Positions 46,901-58,153 of a stretch of DNA of 64,000 bases are shown here, piece by piece (positions within the stretch are counted from its first letter, which is position 1; every line of letters begins with the position of its first letter). A program made the translations under genes and the position numbers. Source of the DNA: an uncultured Bacillota bacterium (lineage in GTDB: Bacteria > Bacillota > Clostridia > Acetivibrionales > DTU013); the NCBI GenBank assembly GCA_942493145.1, contig OW818679.1, positions 740,901-804,900 of the forward strand. Reading direction: 5' to 3'. The notes beneath the pieces were generated by a model. That model ran no database searches. It had not been told where the DNA came from and was given only the letters and a program-made list of their open reading frames with translations.

Positions 46901-46980
46901 ATAATCATGACCAAATACTTCGATAGCTTTCCTGAGAGTTTTCTGGTGCGTTTCCTTGGACGTTTCAATGACGGTATCAT
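43912..46980 (-). CDS. GHL10 (DUF187) glycoside hydrolase-like domain fused to N-acetylmuramoyl-L-alanine amidase (Amidase_3)
   Basis: ELRGLWVATVLNLDYP, AHKRGIEVHAWINPYR, YDVDGIHMDDYFYP, IDYIAPQIYW, then DPGHGG, E, SVHANS, LIESGF. ATG 46980 after AAAGGAG. Confidence 0.88.
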   Translation of the reverse strand: MIPSLKRPRKRTRKLSGKLSKYLVMIMILFLLPFIFTLAVPDEGTGKGLPGTNPVSVFADAASFTGSSPDAKTELRGLWVATVLNLDYPSQPGTDSETLKSEAGKIIEYASDTGFNAIFLQVRPTADAFYKSSLFPWSKYLSGTQGLAPGNSFDPLKFWVDEAHKRGIEVHAWINPYRITKKTSDEPVQDLKTLDASNPAVKNPSWVVKYSDGNLYFNPGIPGVRKMITDSVLEIIGGYDVDGIHMDDYFYPGKNFNDGAAYIKYGSGYKSIDDWRRSNVDILISDISKTIKASGREVRFGISPFGIWANKDKNLLGSDTRGLQSYYDHYADSRKWVKEGLIDYIAPQIYWNVGYSVADYSKLLLWWKDVTSGTGVDLYIGQAAYRAGNSDRTSSWYGISEIEKQLKLNDTLPEVKGSIFFRYKSLEELPALSAAMKAYYSKKDGIATSVSVTIARPVANISTSYGTYYLSGVSDPTKPLFINGQSLAGRSSAGYYGILVKLEEGVNIFTVSQDASYATRVIYRTKASSPQKMDRAEIISASTFPQSQEYRMPGEKITLSCKAPSGAKVTVKLGSKSYHMKQTSSSIGSGLYAATFTYVHTLPASYTGSPRNIVIGTPVYTMNYGGKTRSLSAPAKISVIMKESPFYAMINHDTVIAYKSPTSSNGVRFELYKGMSDYITGMTGSFVRLSSGLWVKTSDVKTYSSKSQFRPEIRGASYTTGDRWDELKLSIQASKAVTSAVPASVAATATFDGAVMKFVLSTASTAPQAPIPTLPMDSLFSGVTVSRDGYKAIYELTLKDGQRCDGYYVENTADGLVLHIKRHASPVNSSGTGLTAGTLSGYTIMVDPGHGGSDAGAIGPTGMTYPEKTINLSISLKLKAELESLGAKVLMTRTADTTVSLNERLSASRKTRPDLFISVHANSMEDNVDISKYEGFSSYYREELSKQLAEAVYNRIISSLSRYPRGVHDKNFFVTTATWAPSILIESGFVPHPSEHEWLINGDNQARLAANLAVAIEEYFIN

Positions 46981-47105
46981 ATGCGTAAACTCCTTTAACA
47001 TATAATTCGACCGCCATTACATAAATACCTGTGTAGTAACTTATTATTAACCATTACGCAACAGTATTGAAATGTGTCATGATTTTGAAGGACAATCTGT
47101 CCCAT

Positions 47106-47135
47106 AAAAAAGGCGCTTCCCAATTGGAAAGCGCC
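47106..47135 (-). terminator. Intrinsic terminator of gdhA
   Basis: GGCGCTTTCC-AATTG-GGAAGCGCC plus T6 on the minus strand. Confidence 0.75.
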
Positions 47136-47153
47136 CCATTTAAGTTATATCGA

Positions 47154-48512
<1,359 letters not shown>

Positions 48513-48836
48513 TTATTTTGGCTCTTTGTGAGATGCACGACATTGTACACCACTTGAAAATATACCGCGTTGTATACCCCAAAATCGCTATTGGGGTTGC
48601 ATTAATGATACAAATTATGTTATGTAGAATTATAGCAAATGGAAAGCAAAATTGCAAGTGGGAGAAACATAACTTTCATAAATTTTTCCCTTACCAGAAT
48701 AAGTATTCTGTTATTCTTTAGCTATAACCTTGATATATCAAGCTTTTACGTAAAATAATCATATTTCATATTAAAAAATGTTTAAATTCACAACATGGAA
48801 ATATGCAGGAAAGCCTTCAAAAATCATCGCATATGA

Positions 48837-48889
48837 GCATAATTTGCATAATCTTATGCATCATCTTGTGTATAATCTCGTGCATCCTC
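48837..48889 (+). repeat. Degenerate 12-bp tandem repeat (GCATAATCTTAT-like) in the gdhA/PilZ divergent region
   Basis: GCATAATTT, GCATAATCTTAT, GCATCATCTTGT, GTATAATCTCGT, GCATCCTC. Confidence 0.65.
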
Positions 48890-49012
48890 AACAAGCCATT
48901 GTAGCTTGATTTACAAAACAAGAGTATGATATCATTAATCAATCAGGAATTTATATGTTGTAATATTACTCTTGAAATGCTGATGTTCACAGTTGATTTC
49001 TTAGGAGGTAAT

Positions 49013-49624
49013 ATGAGCTTTAATTCCAAAGTAGAAAAAATTGACCTGTTGGTTTATAGTGCGGATAATTTGATCAGATGCAATGTCGTAGAATCCCTGG
49101 ATAACAAAATAAAAGCCGCACCTATTGCCAGTAAGGTTGACATGTTCCAGGCAGGCTATCCTGTGGTGTGCATGTTTATAAGTGAAGGGGTACTTAAATT
49201 CCGAAATGGTGAAATTTCTGAAGTTGATAATAAAAACTTGTTGCTTGTTGTTGACATGCCATTTGAGGTGGTCATAGAAGAACGGCGAATTTTTGAAAGA
49301 TACCCCGTATCCCTTGAAGTCAGTGCCAGAAGGAAGTTTTCCAACAAGAGGTTCCTCCTGATTGCAAAAGACTTGAGTGAATATGGAATGGGAGCGGTTT
49401 CAAAAATTGATTTGGAAATGGATGAGATCATCGACATGAACCTTATCACCGGCCGTTATATGTTTTACTTTGTCGGGAAGGTGACGTGGAAGCAGCAAAA
49501 GAGAGATTATTTTGATTATGGCTTCCAGCTGACTGAATTCGATATAACAACAAAAGCATCCATGGCATCTTATCTTGGAAAGCTCAACGAAGATTATAAA
49601 AAATTATATGAAAAGACCAAATGA
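49013..49624 (+). CDS. PilZ-domain (c-di-GMP-binding) protein
   Basis: ERRIFER (RxxxR) and DLSEYG (DxSxxG). ATG 49013 after AGGAGG. Confidence 0.85.
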   Translation: MSFNSKVEKIDLLVYSADNLIRCNVVESLDNKIKAAPIASKVDMFQAGYPVVCMFISEGVLKFRNGEISEVDNKNLLLVVDMPFEVVIEERRIFERYPVSLEVSARRKFSNKRFLLIAKDLSEYGMGAVSKIDLEMDEIIDMNLITGRYMFYFVGKVTWKQQKRDYFDYGFQLTEFDITTKASMASYLGKLNEDYKKLYEKTK

Positions 49625-49669
49625 ATATTTGCATTGAATCGAACAAACCATAATCATAGATAATTTTGT

Positions 49670-51373
49670 ATGATTGTTGGTGATTTTGGTGTGCTCAGAT
49701 TCGTTATAAAAAAATTGCAGTATAGACGATTGAAAGTCTTAAATGACCGGAATGAAAGACCGTCAGGAGAAAAACCTGCCGATTCATTCAATGATACCTT
49801 ATTTGGCAGTGTTCTTGAGATCAATCTGGCACTTCTGAAAAAAACCTTTCACGATAGCAATGACTTGATAATAAGAAGGTTCGAATTCATTATGAATACC
49901 AGGAACAGGTGTGCATTGGCATTCATAAATAATTTGATCGATAACGATGCTCTTAGCAATAATGTCCTTAAGCCGCTTATGAACATCAATATTCCAGCTG
50001 AAAGAGTACAATGCACAACAGAAGGATCCCAGCAGCCACATGCATCGGGCACGGCCGGAATGACAGACTGTGCAGCGCTTTTGGATGTCATTGCATATGA
50101 GATACTTTCGGTAAGCAGCATCAACAAAATATCCTCCATTGAGGATGTTACCGCAAGACTTCTGTCCGGGAGTGCGATCCTTATTCTGGATGGATGTGAA
50201 AATGCCCTGGAGATTCCAGCGCAAAAATGGGAGAAAAGGCAAATTGAAGAGCCTCAGACGGAGAGTGTGGTCAGGGGTCCGAGGGAAGGCTTTGTTGAGA
50301 ATATTAATTATAACAGGGAATTGCTCAGACGGAAGCTTAAAGATCCCGATCTCTGTTTTGAGAGTCTTGTCATCGGCGACAAAAGCAGAACAGAAATTAA
50401 TGTAGTTTACTTGAAAAGTGTTGCATCATCAGAATTAATCGATGAAATAATGACCAGGCTGAAGCGGATCAAAATCGACGCTGTACTTGAATCGGGGTAT
50501 ATTGAGCAATTGATTGAGGATGCTCCTTATTCCATTTTCTCTACGATCGCTAACAGTGAAAAGCCGGACAAGGTCGCTGCGAAGATACTGGAAGGCCGTG
50601 TGGCAATTCTGGCTGACGGGTCACCGTTTGTGCTGACTGTTCCGATGCTCTTCATGGAGAGCTTCCAGAGCGTTGAGGACTACTACTCCAGGCCTTACTT
50701 CGCAAGCTTTGTAAGGCTGGTGAGGATAACAGCATATTTTATAAGTGTACTTGCCCCAGCTGCATATGTTGCGTTGACTGTCTACCATCAGGAGCTTATA
50801 CCAACCGAGCTTCTTATATCCATAACCTCAACAAGAAGGCAGGTGCCTTTCCCAGCAATTGTCGAAGCGCTTTTGATGACAGGAATGTTCGATATACTGA
50901 GGGAAGCGGGGGTCCGTCTTCCAAAGCCTGTCGGACCGGCAGTGAGCATCGTCGGCGCTTTGGTACTGGGTCAGTCCGCTGTACAGGCAGGCCTTGTAAG
51001 CCCTATCATGATAATAGTCGTAGCCGCAACGGCAATCTGTAGTTTTACAGTCCCACCGCAGACAGACTCGGGTACAATACTCAGGTACTTTTTTCTTACC
51101 CTTGCAGGTGTTGCAGGTGGTTTTGGAGTTATCATGGGGTTCCTGGCAACTACAGTACATCTTTTATCTCTCAGGTCCTTCGGAACTCCATACATGTCTC
51201 CTGTTGCCCCATTTTCAAAGTCATTTTTAAAGGATACCTTCATAAGACTTCCCCTCTGGAGCATGATAAACCGTCCTGCTGCAATAGAAGGTCGCAATGC
51301 AGCAAGGATGAGTACCGGGCAGAAGCCATCGGTGGAAAATCCGGGAAGGAAAGGTCAGAGGCAACATGAATGA
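49670..51373 (+). CDS. gerKA: Spore germination receptor A subunit (GerKA-like); exact start uncertain
   Basis: VRGPREGFVE, ESGYIEQLIED, SEKPDKV, REAGVRLP, AVSIVGALVLGQ. Confidence 0.9.
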   Translation: MIVGDFGVLRFVIKKLQYRRLKVLNDRNERPSGEKPADSFNDTLFGSVLEINLALLKKTFHDSNDLIIRRFEFIMNTRNRCALAFINNLIDNDALSNNVLKPLMNINIPAERVQCTTEGSQQPHASGTAGMTDCAALLDVIAYEILSVSSINKISSIEDVTARLLSGSAILILDGCENALEIPAQKWEKRQIEEPQTESVVRGPREGFVENINYNRELLRRKLKDPDLCFESLVIGDKSRTEINVVYLKSVASSELIDEIMTRLKRIKIDAVLESGYIEQLIEDAPYSIFSTIANSEKPDKVAAKILEGRVAILADGSPFVLTVPMLFMESFQSVEDYYSRPYFASFVRLVRITAYFISVLAPAAYVALTVYHQELIPTELLISITSTRRQVPFPAIVEALLMTGMFDILREAGVRLPKPVGPAVSIVGALVLGQSAVQAGLVSPIMIIVVAATAICSFTVPPQTDSGTILRYFFLTLAGVAGGFGVIMGFLATTVHLLSLRSFGTPYMSPVAPFSKSFLKDTFIRLPLWSMINRPAAIEGRNAARMSTGQKPSVENPGRKGQRQHE

Positions 51374-52577
51374 GCGAGGTGTGAGAAGAAAAATTGCATT
51401 GCTCTCCTGCCTCCTGGTCTTTTCAACCATGTCCATGACAGGCTGCTGGAATGCCAGAGAACTGAAATCGCTTCAGATAGTGGCGGGCATGGGGATAGAT
51501 ATGGGAGAGGAACCGGGGAATATCCGGTTGACGGCGCAGATAATAAATACCAATAATATGGGAAGTAATTCGTCAAGCGATTCAGGAAACGGAGGTGGTG
51601 GGAATGAAGGTGCAAAGCCATATTGGAATCTCACAAGTGAGGAGGCGCACATTTTCCTTGCAGCGAGGGAAATGACCCATAAACTGGATCAAAAACTGTT
51701 TGTGGCACACAACCAGGTGATAGTTTTCTCAGAAGAAGTGGCAGCAGAAGGCCTGGGTGAATACATCGACTTTTTTTTAAGGGCTCATGAAATGCGCCCG
51801 AACTCGCTGGTGCTGATCTCAAAACCAGAGGCTTTTGATGTGCTGGATAATATGCCCGAAACTGGATTGCTGCCTGCGACAAGCCTTGCAAAGCTGGATA
51901 AGTCATATGGGAATACATCACATTGGCTCAAGGTGAATTTAAAAGACTTTACCACAGCTTTGAGAAGTAAGACCATTTCACCTACGCTTCCTTTGGTCGA
52001 CATAATCTTGGAAAATGGCGAAAAGAATTTTGAAATAGACGGCTTGGCAGTGTTGAAGAAAGACAAAATGGTGGGGACCCTTGATAAGGAGGAAACAAGG
52101 GGACTTCTTTGGGTTACAGGCATGGTTAAAAGTGGAGTTATCACTGTCCCTTCACCCGATGGCAAAGAGGAAGTCATTTTGGAAATTACAAAGACCAGCA
52201 CAAAAACTAATCCGGAATTAAAGGATGGGAAAATCATCATCAACATTGATATTAAGGAAGAGTCCAGCCTCACCGAACAAACTTCGCAGGAAGACATGTC
52301 AAAAGCGCCTTTGGCGGAGGTACTGCAAAAGGAACAGGAGGATATCATCAGGAGTGAAATAATTAAGTCATTTAAAAAATCCAAAGAATTGAAAACCGAT
52401 ATTTTTGGTTTTGGAGAGATGATCCATAAAAAATACAAAAATGAATGGAAAGAGTTGGAGTTAAACTGGGATGAAATTTATCCTTCAATACAATTGAACA
52501 TTTCCATAAAATCAAAACTGGGGGGGACAGGACTTATCAGTGAACCTGTCATCTCTGAAAAGGGGGGAGCACAGTGA
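51366..52577 (+). CDS. gerKC: Ger(x)C germination lipoprotein
   Basis: TGCWNAREL, GMGID, HNQVIVFSEE, DIFGFG. Confidence 0.88.
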   Translation: MNERGVRRKIALLSCLLVFSTMSMTGCWNARELKSLQIVAGMGIDMGEEPGNIRLTAQIINTNNMGSNSSSDSGNGGGGNEGAKPYWNLTSEEAHIFLAAREMTHKLDQKLFVAHNQVIVFSEEVAAEGLGEYIDFFLRAHEMRPNSLVLISKPEAFDVLDNMPETGLLPATSLAKLDKSYGNTSHWLKVNLKDFTTALRSKTISPTLPLVDIILENGEKNFEIDGLAVLKKDKMVGTLDKEETRGLLWVTGMVKSGVITVPSPDGKEEVILEITKTSTKTNPELKDGKIIINIDIKEESSLTEQTSQEDMSKAPLAEVLQKEQEDIIRSEIIKSFKKSKELKTDIFGFGEMIHKKYKNEWKELELNWDEIYPSIQLNISIKSKLGGTGLISEPVISEKGGAQ

Positions 52578-53677
52578 ATATCGAAAAAGGGAGAATTTCT
52601 GTTTCACAACTATTCTTTGTTGTTGCCGGTTATATCCAGGGAGCAGTCATATCGATTCCATTCATGCCACAGATCGCCCGGCAGGACAGCTGGCTTGGCA
52701 TTCTATCTGGCTTTGTATTCACCGTCCCTTTCATAATGGTTTTTTGTTCATTAGCCTTAAGATTTACGGGTATGAACCTTATACAGATAAATGCCATGGT
52801 ATTTGGTAAAATTCCAGGAGGTTTTGTTTCAGTGGCATATATCTATTATTTCACGATATTGCTTTCATTTAATGCAAGGAGCATAGCAACGCTTTACACT
52901 ACATACCTCATGCCCGAAACACCGATGCCGTTTTTTTTAATCATCTTCATAACAGTATGCGCATATACCGTCGGTAAGGGGTTGGAGGTCATAACACGCC
53001 TCGCGCCTATCTGTATTGTTTTTGTATCTGTGACAATAATCAGCACATTTGTTTTGCTTATTCCCGAGATGAAATTTTCCAATTTCCTTCCTTTGTTCGA
53101 TCTACCGTTTATAAAATATGTACAGGCAACAAATGCCTCCAGCAGTATATTTTTCGGCGAAATAGTCATTATGATTGTAATCATGTCATCACTTGACAGT
53201 AAAGCACATGTAAAAAGGAACGTCATGCTTGGCGTACTTACAGGACTGGTTAGCCTGCTGCTTGCCCAAATCCGCAATACGGCGGTAGCCGGGGGTATTG
53301 AGCCAATACTGATTACCGCATCATTCGAAGTGACGAGGCTGATAGACATAGGGGATATCTTCACAAGGATGGATATGCTAATAATTATCGCACAAACTGT
53401 AATACTGTTCTTCCGGTGCAGTGTATTATATTATGCCATATCGTTGTCCCTGGGACAACTGATGGGATTAAGATCGTATGGTCCTTTGATACTGCCTGTG
53501 GGTGGGATTGTTGTTGTGCTTTCCATGATTGTTTTTGAATCATATGCAGAGGTGGGAAAATATGCTTCTACGAATATTGTTTTTGTTGTGCCTTTTATTA
53601 TATTTATTCCTCTGATCATGCTTATTACCGCAAAGGTGCGTCATTTGCCCGAAAAGCACCGGGAAGGCGGTGCTTGA
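52574..53677 (+). CDS. gerKB: Germination receptor B subunit (APC-type permease)
   Basis: QDSW, MPETP, GLEVITR, NFLP, TRMD. A-C-B gene order. Confidence 0.88.
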   Translation: MNIEKGRISVSQLFFVVAGYIQGAVISIPFMPQIARQDSWLGILSGFVFTVPFIMVFCSLALRFTGMNLIQINAMVFGKIPGGFVSVAYIYYFTILLSFNARSIATLYTTYLMPETPMPFFLIIFITVCAYTVGKGLEVITRLAPICIVFVSVTIISTFVLLIPEMKFSNFLPLFDLPFIKYVQATNASSSIFFGEIVIMIVIMSSLDSKAHVKRNVMLGVLTGLVSLLLAQIRNTAVAGGIEPILITASFEVTRLIDIGDIFTRMDMLIIIAQTVILFFRCSVLYYAISLSLGQLMGLRSYGPLILPVGGIVVVLSMIVFESYAEVGKYASTNIVFVVPFIIFIPLIMLITAKVRHLPEKHREGGA

Positions 53678-53898
53678 GGTTGTTTATCGTGATTCTCATA
53701 TATGCAGCTATGGCGTTATTCCAGATACCTCCACTTGTTAAGAAAAGGCAATGGCGGGAGCTTACAGCCTTCAGTGCATTTTATGTAACAGCTCTGACAA
53801 TGGGTATACTCTTTGCCCTTGATGTGAAAATTCCAAATCCGCTGGAGGGGATGAGGATAATACTTGAGGATATGCTTCATTTAAAATATCCCGAGTGA
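53674..53898 (+). CDS. Small membrane protein of the type often found after ger operons
   Basis: Two hydrophobic segments, KKRQWREL, IPNP. Overlaps the gerKB stop. Confidence 0.65.
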   Translation: MRLFIVILIYAAMALFQIPPLVKKRQWRELTAFSAFYVTALTMGILFALDVKIPNPLEGMRIILEDMLHLKYPE

Positions 53899-53925
53899 AT
53901 TAACCGATAATCTAGTTAAAGGTAC

Positions 53926-56457
53926 TTATAAATCCCTGTAGAAAGCCAACGTTGACTCCAGTTCCGGCTCAAGGGTGCCATTGCGCTTTATGTACCTCGA
54001 GTAGCGGCTTGCATATTCCTTTGCAATCCTGGTTCGCTGGAACTTGAAAGGTGTGGCAATCTCGGCATACATGGGCTGCTTTTCAAGCTGTTCCCGGATA
54101 TCCCTGTTAAAGGGGCAATGCTTGTAAAATATGCCCCTTGAAACCTTGTTCAGGCGGATATTGCCTTTGGCTTCATTGTTGATCCACAGCTCATAATCAG
54201 AGTGAAAAATTTCCCTTGTCCTGTTGTTGTATTTCTGGACCTGTGCCTTGATCCTTTCACGAGCCTCATCCGAGAGATCTCTGTTCTTCTTGAAAAACTG
54301 TATATAATCGGTGTAGTCTGACGTAAGCGAGCTTTGTGTGACATCGTTCCAGGCACTTCCCATCATTGTCCGGCACAGTTCCCAGCGGAAATATGACACA
54401 AGCCGCGTCATCATATCATCCAGGTCTTCGTCTGTAAAGGCGGGGAGAAGGAAACGACCTGGAGAGCTGCGGTTCCTGCCTGTGATTTCCTGCCACATTA
54501 CCGGCCTGGAGCCGAAGATAGGTAATAATATGATATCAGGCAGAACATCTTTAATAATAAGTTCTTTTTCAATACCGAGTTCTGGATTATTATAGTTGAC
54601 TTCCCTGCTGAATGCAGAAAAATCAATCTTCAAAATCCTGTCCAGACTCATTTCCACCTTATCGGCAGTAACCTGCCAATCTGAAAGATTCCTTGTTATC
54701 ATGTCCTTGTGTAGTATGGGGAGGTAAATGGAGGTCTGACCATGGCATATGCGCTGGTTGACCTTAAGCATGTTGTTTATTTCAAAGGATAACCTTCCTT
54801 CGGCATCTGCGTCATACTGTCGTTTTTCGTCATCGGATACCTTGCCGGTCTTCTTTAGATCCCTGAAGACATCGTAATAATCCCTTCCGAACTCATTTAT
54901 AGAAGTGTCAGCCTTCATCGCGTATATTTCAGCCAACCATTCCTTCATTGAATATACCGGGTATTTTGCACTGATCTTTTCCTTCCCGGCAAGCCGGTAC
55001 AGGGTAAGTATCTGTTCTGCCGTAAGAAGTTCTTCATCCATATACCCAAAATTTATAAACATATTGAGAAGCCTGGAATTGTCCTGCTGCCGGAACATTT
55101 TCTTAGCCACGGCTTCATATATCTCAAAGAATACCGCAGTAATCGAGCTCCTGATGGCTCTGGCATAATCATCACTGGAATTCCTGTCTTCCAGTTTTTT
55201 AAAGGAAGCTATGCCGCTAAGGAAGATTTCTGCTTTTGTGGCGGGTATGTCGGCATATTCAAGTATTTTGTACATGCTGCTCTTGAGCTCGTCTGGTATT
55301 GAGGATTCATCTGCAGGTGATTCCTGTATTATGCCGGAATTCGAGGGTTTACCGGATGCCGCATTAAGAATTGACCTTTCCGGATCCCTGGAGACGGAGC
55401 TTTTAAGATTGGCAAGGGTATATTCCAGATAATCGGAATCGGCATTTAGTTTATGAAGGTATTCATCATTAAAATATGACACAGCCGAGCCGATACGCAC
55501 TACAATGTATTCAAGAGCATGCATAACCGGGCTGGTGTCCCGGTGTCTGGCGGATGTTTCGGATATTGCTTTGGAAAAAACGGAAAACAGGCTCTCGCTG
55601 TTATCGGAGTAAAGCCTGCTGAAAGCTGCCTCTGTTTCATTCAATTCCAGCTGTATGCTGTTTACGAGTTTTAAAAGACAATCTGCAGCATCGCGGCAAT
55701 TATATGCTGTTATGAAAACATCGCTGTTGAAATAGCTTTTCTTGACATCCTGAGATATGCCGCATATGTGCGAGTAATAATCAGCCCTTAGGTTTTCTTT
55801 GATTTTTATGGGATCATCGGAATCAGAATCATCATCTCGTGCTGATCCCGGTCGCATTTCCATTGTTGACGCATCAAAAATGGGTATAATCGATTTGGTT
55901 TCCTTGCGGCTCTCGGTATATTTTGCTTCGAGTTCGCGGATGAATTGCTGTGATGGCGCCAGTTCAAGGTTATACCTGGTTTTGACTTCCCAGAAAAACA
56001 GAGTAAGATTTTCTGTTACGACTTTTAAGGATTTATTGAACATTCTGATTTTTTGCTGTGTTCCTACCAAATTGGAAATCAGTATGCAGATGGAGTTCAG
56101 TATATATGTGCCATAATCCTTCTGGGAATCGACGAGTGACCAAATCTGGTTGGAGGTTTTGGCGGGGTAATTGTATAAATTGCAGTCTTCGGCAGCAACT
56201 ATGCTCAAACTGGCAGGACTGTTGTTGAATATATCGTATGCTCCGAGGAATATATTGCCGTCGAGACTGAAAAGCCTGTAACTGCGCCTTAGCCTGTCTT
56301 CCTTGTGCTTTATGCCGGCTGCTGATGAAGGTGACAGGTAAATATCGAGCTTTCCCTGCAATAGTAAAGCCAGCGCCTCCATATTTGCATCTTCCAGGAA
56401 GATGCATTTACCCTTACCAGCGATAAAGCTGCCTGTCTTTTGAGGTATTGTAATCAT
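53926..56457 (-). CDS. Large protein with an N-terminal cyclic-nucleotide-binding-like domain and an unassigned helical C-terminus
   Basis: IFLED..ALLLQGKLDIY...LGA.....S.SIVAAEDC pattern, long ORF. Confidence 0.65.
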   Translation of the reverse strand: MITIPQKTGSFIAGKGKCIFLEDANMEALALLLQGKLDIYLSPSSAAGIKHKEDRLRRSYRLFSLDGNIFLGAYDIFNNSPASLSIVAAEDCNLYNYPAKTSNQIWSLVDSQKDYGTYILNSICILISNLVGTQQKIRMFNKSLKVVTENLTLFFWEVKTRYNLELAPSQQFIRELEAKYTESRKETKSIIPIFDASTMEMRPGSARDDDSDSDDPIKIKENLRADYYSHICGISQDVKKSYFNSDVFITAYNCRDAADCLLKLVNSIQLELNETEAAFSRLYSDNSESLFSVFSKAISETSARHRDTSPVMHALEYIVVRIGSAVSYFNDEYLHKLNADSDYLEYTLANLKSSVSRDPERSILNAASGKPSNSGIIQESPADESSIPDELKSSMYKILEYADIPATKAEIFLSGIASFKKLEDRNSSDDYARAIRSSITAVFFEIYEAVAKKMFRQQDNSRLLNMFINFGYMDEELLTAEQILTLYRLAGKEKISAKYPVYSMKEWLAEIYAMKADTSINEFGRDYYDVFRDLKKTGKVSDDEKRQYDADAEGRLSFEINNMLKVNQRICHGQTSIYLPILHKDMITRNLSDWQVTADKVEMSLDRILKIDFSAFSREVNYNNPELGIEKELIIKDVLPDIILLPIFGSRPVMWQEITGRNRSSPGRFLLPAFTDEDLDDMMTRLVSYFRWELCRTMMGSAWNDVTQSSLTSDYTDYIQFFKKNRDLSDEARERIKAQVQKYNNRTREIFHSDYELWINNEAKGNIRLNKVSRGIFYKHCPFNRDIREQLEKQPMYAEIATPFKFQRTRIAKEYASRYSRYIKRNGTLEPELESTLAFYRDL

Positions 56458-56539
56458 GTATCCACCCGCTTGCAATTGATTTATGTCATGCTGCAGTCTA
56501 TATTATAACCCATACATAAACTTTTTCCAATTGTTTTCC

Positions 56540-58153
56540 TTATATAGCCAATCCGGTTGTGGAAATTTCACTCAAAACAATGCCTTTGTTTTTATCTTCC
56601 GCCCAGCGGATGGACCAATCGTTTTCAAATAGCAATACGGTTTTTCCATCCTTGTCTTCAGCTATCATGGTCGAGCTGGTAAGACTGAGTTTCCTGGCAT
56701 AATCAGCATCACCATCCAACCACCGTGCATATCTGAACTGCAGTTGGTTTATCCTTATATCCACACTATATTCATTTTTAAGCCTATGTTCCAATACCTC
56801 AAACTGAAGAGCACCGACTACGCCCACAATGACGGTTTCCATGCCAATGTCTATCTGCTTGAAAACCTGTACGGCGCCTTCTTCTGAAAGTTGGTTTATG
56901 CCTTTGACGAACTGCTTGCGCTTCATTGAATCCATTGGTGCGACCCTGGCAAAATGTTCAGCCGGAAAGACAGGTATGCCTTCGAAATTCAACCTCGTAG
57001 AGCCTTCGCACAATGTATCGCCAATTTTAAAGATGCCGGGATCGAAAACTCCTATTATATCGCCAGGGAAGGCCTCCTCAACGATTGCCCTTTCCTGTGC
57101 CATAAACTGCTGGGGTTGTGAAAGGCGGATCTCTTTTCCAGCCTGCATGTGGTACACAGACATGCCTTTTGTAAACTGTCCGGAGCATATACGCATGAAG
57201 GCTATCCTGTCGCGGTGCGTCGGATTCATGTTCGCCTGTATTTTAAATATGAAGCTTGTAAACTTGTCATTTTCGGGATCGACCTCACCTGCGGTGGACA
57301 TTCTTATACCGGGTGCCGGTGCAAGATTCAGGAATTCCTCCAGGAACTGCTGTACGCCGAAATTGGTCATGGCGCTTCCGAAGAACATCGGTGTCAATTC
57401 TCCAATACGGACCTTTTCAAAATCAAACTCATCTCCTGCCATATCTAGAAGTTGTATATCGTCACACAGCTTTTTATAGTAATGGTCATCGAGATAATCG
57501 GAGATGGTTTTATCATATATACCGCCTTTTATGGTTGAAACAGCGGTCTGGCCATGGTTTCCGCCATGGTAGAGCTCGATTTGTTCAAGCTTGCGGTTGT
57601 AAACACCCTGAAAATCACCATCAGTGCCGATAGGCCAGTTCATTGGATATGAGCGTATACCCAGTACCTGCTCAAGTTCCTCCATCAGCGCAAAGGTGTC
57701 CTTGCTTGCCCTGTCCATTTTGTTGACAAAGGTGAATATGGGTATACCCCTCATCTTGCATACATGAAACAGCTTTATGGTCTGGGCCTCGACACCTTTT
57801 GCACCGTCTATAAGCATGACGGCACTGTCGGCAGCGATCAGGGTCCTGTAGGTATCTTCACTGAAATCCTGGTGGCCGGGTGTATCCAGTATATTGATGC
57901 AATAGTCATTATAAATGAACTGCATAACGCTGGAGGTGACTGATATACCTCTCTGTTTTTCGATATCCATCCAGTCGGATACGGCATAATTCCCCGATTT
58001 TCTGGCCTTGACCGTACCTGCGAGCCTAATGGCACCACCATATAGCAGCAGCTTTTCTGTCAATGTAGTCTTACCTGCGTCAGGATGGGATATTATCGCA
58101 AAGGTCTTTCTTTTTTCTACTTCACTTTTTATTATGGCTTTCTTGTCCTGCAT
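56540..58153 (-). CDS. prfC: Peptide chain release factor 3
   Basis: FAIISHPDAGKTT, EKQRGISVTSS, DTPGHQDFSEDTYR, NKMD. Confidence 0.98.
   Translation of the reverse strand: MQDKKAIIKSEVEKRKTFAIISHPDAGKTTLTEKLLLYGGAIRLAGTVKARKSGNYAVSDWMDIEKQRGISVTSSVMQFIYNDYCINILDTPGHQDFSEDTYRTLIAADSAVMLIDGAKGVEAQTIKLFHVCKMRGIPIFTFVNKMDRASKDTFALMEELEQVLGIRSYPMNWPIGTDGDFQGVYNRKLEQIELYHGGNHGQTAVSTIKGGIYDKTISDYLDDHYYKKLCDDIQLLDMAGDEFDFEKVRIGELTPMFFGSAMTNFGVQQFLEEFLNLAPAPGIRMSTAGEVDPENDKFTSFIFKIQANMNPTHRDRIAFMRICSGQFTKGMSVYHMQAGKEIRLSQPQQFMAQERAIVEEAFPGDIIGVFDPGIFKIGDTLCEGSTRLNFEGIPVFPAEHFARVAPMDSMKRKQFVKGINQLSEEGAVQVFKQIDIGMETVIVGVVGALQFEVLEHRLKNEYSVDIRINQLQFRYARWLDGDADYARKLSLTSSTMIAEDKDGKTVLLFENDWSIRWAEDKNKGIVLSEISTTGLAI

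Noticed and set aside
48520-48550. TnrA/GlnR box upstream of gdhA
   Set aside because: TGTGA-N7-GACAT does not fit TGTNA-N7-TNACA.
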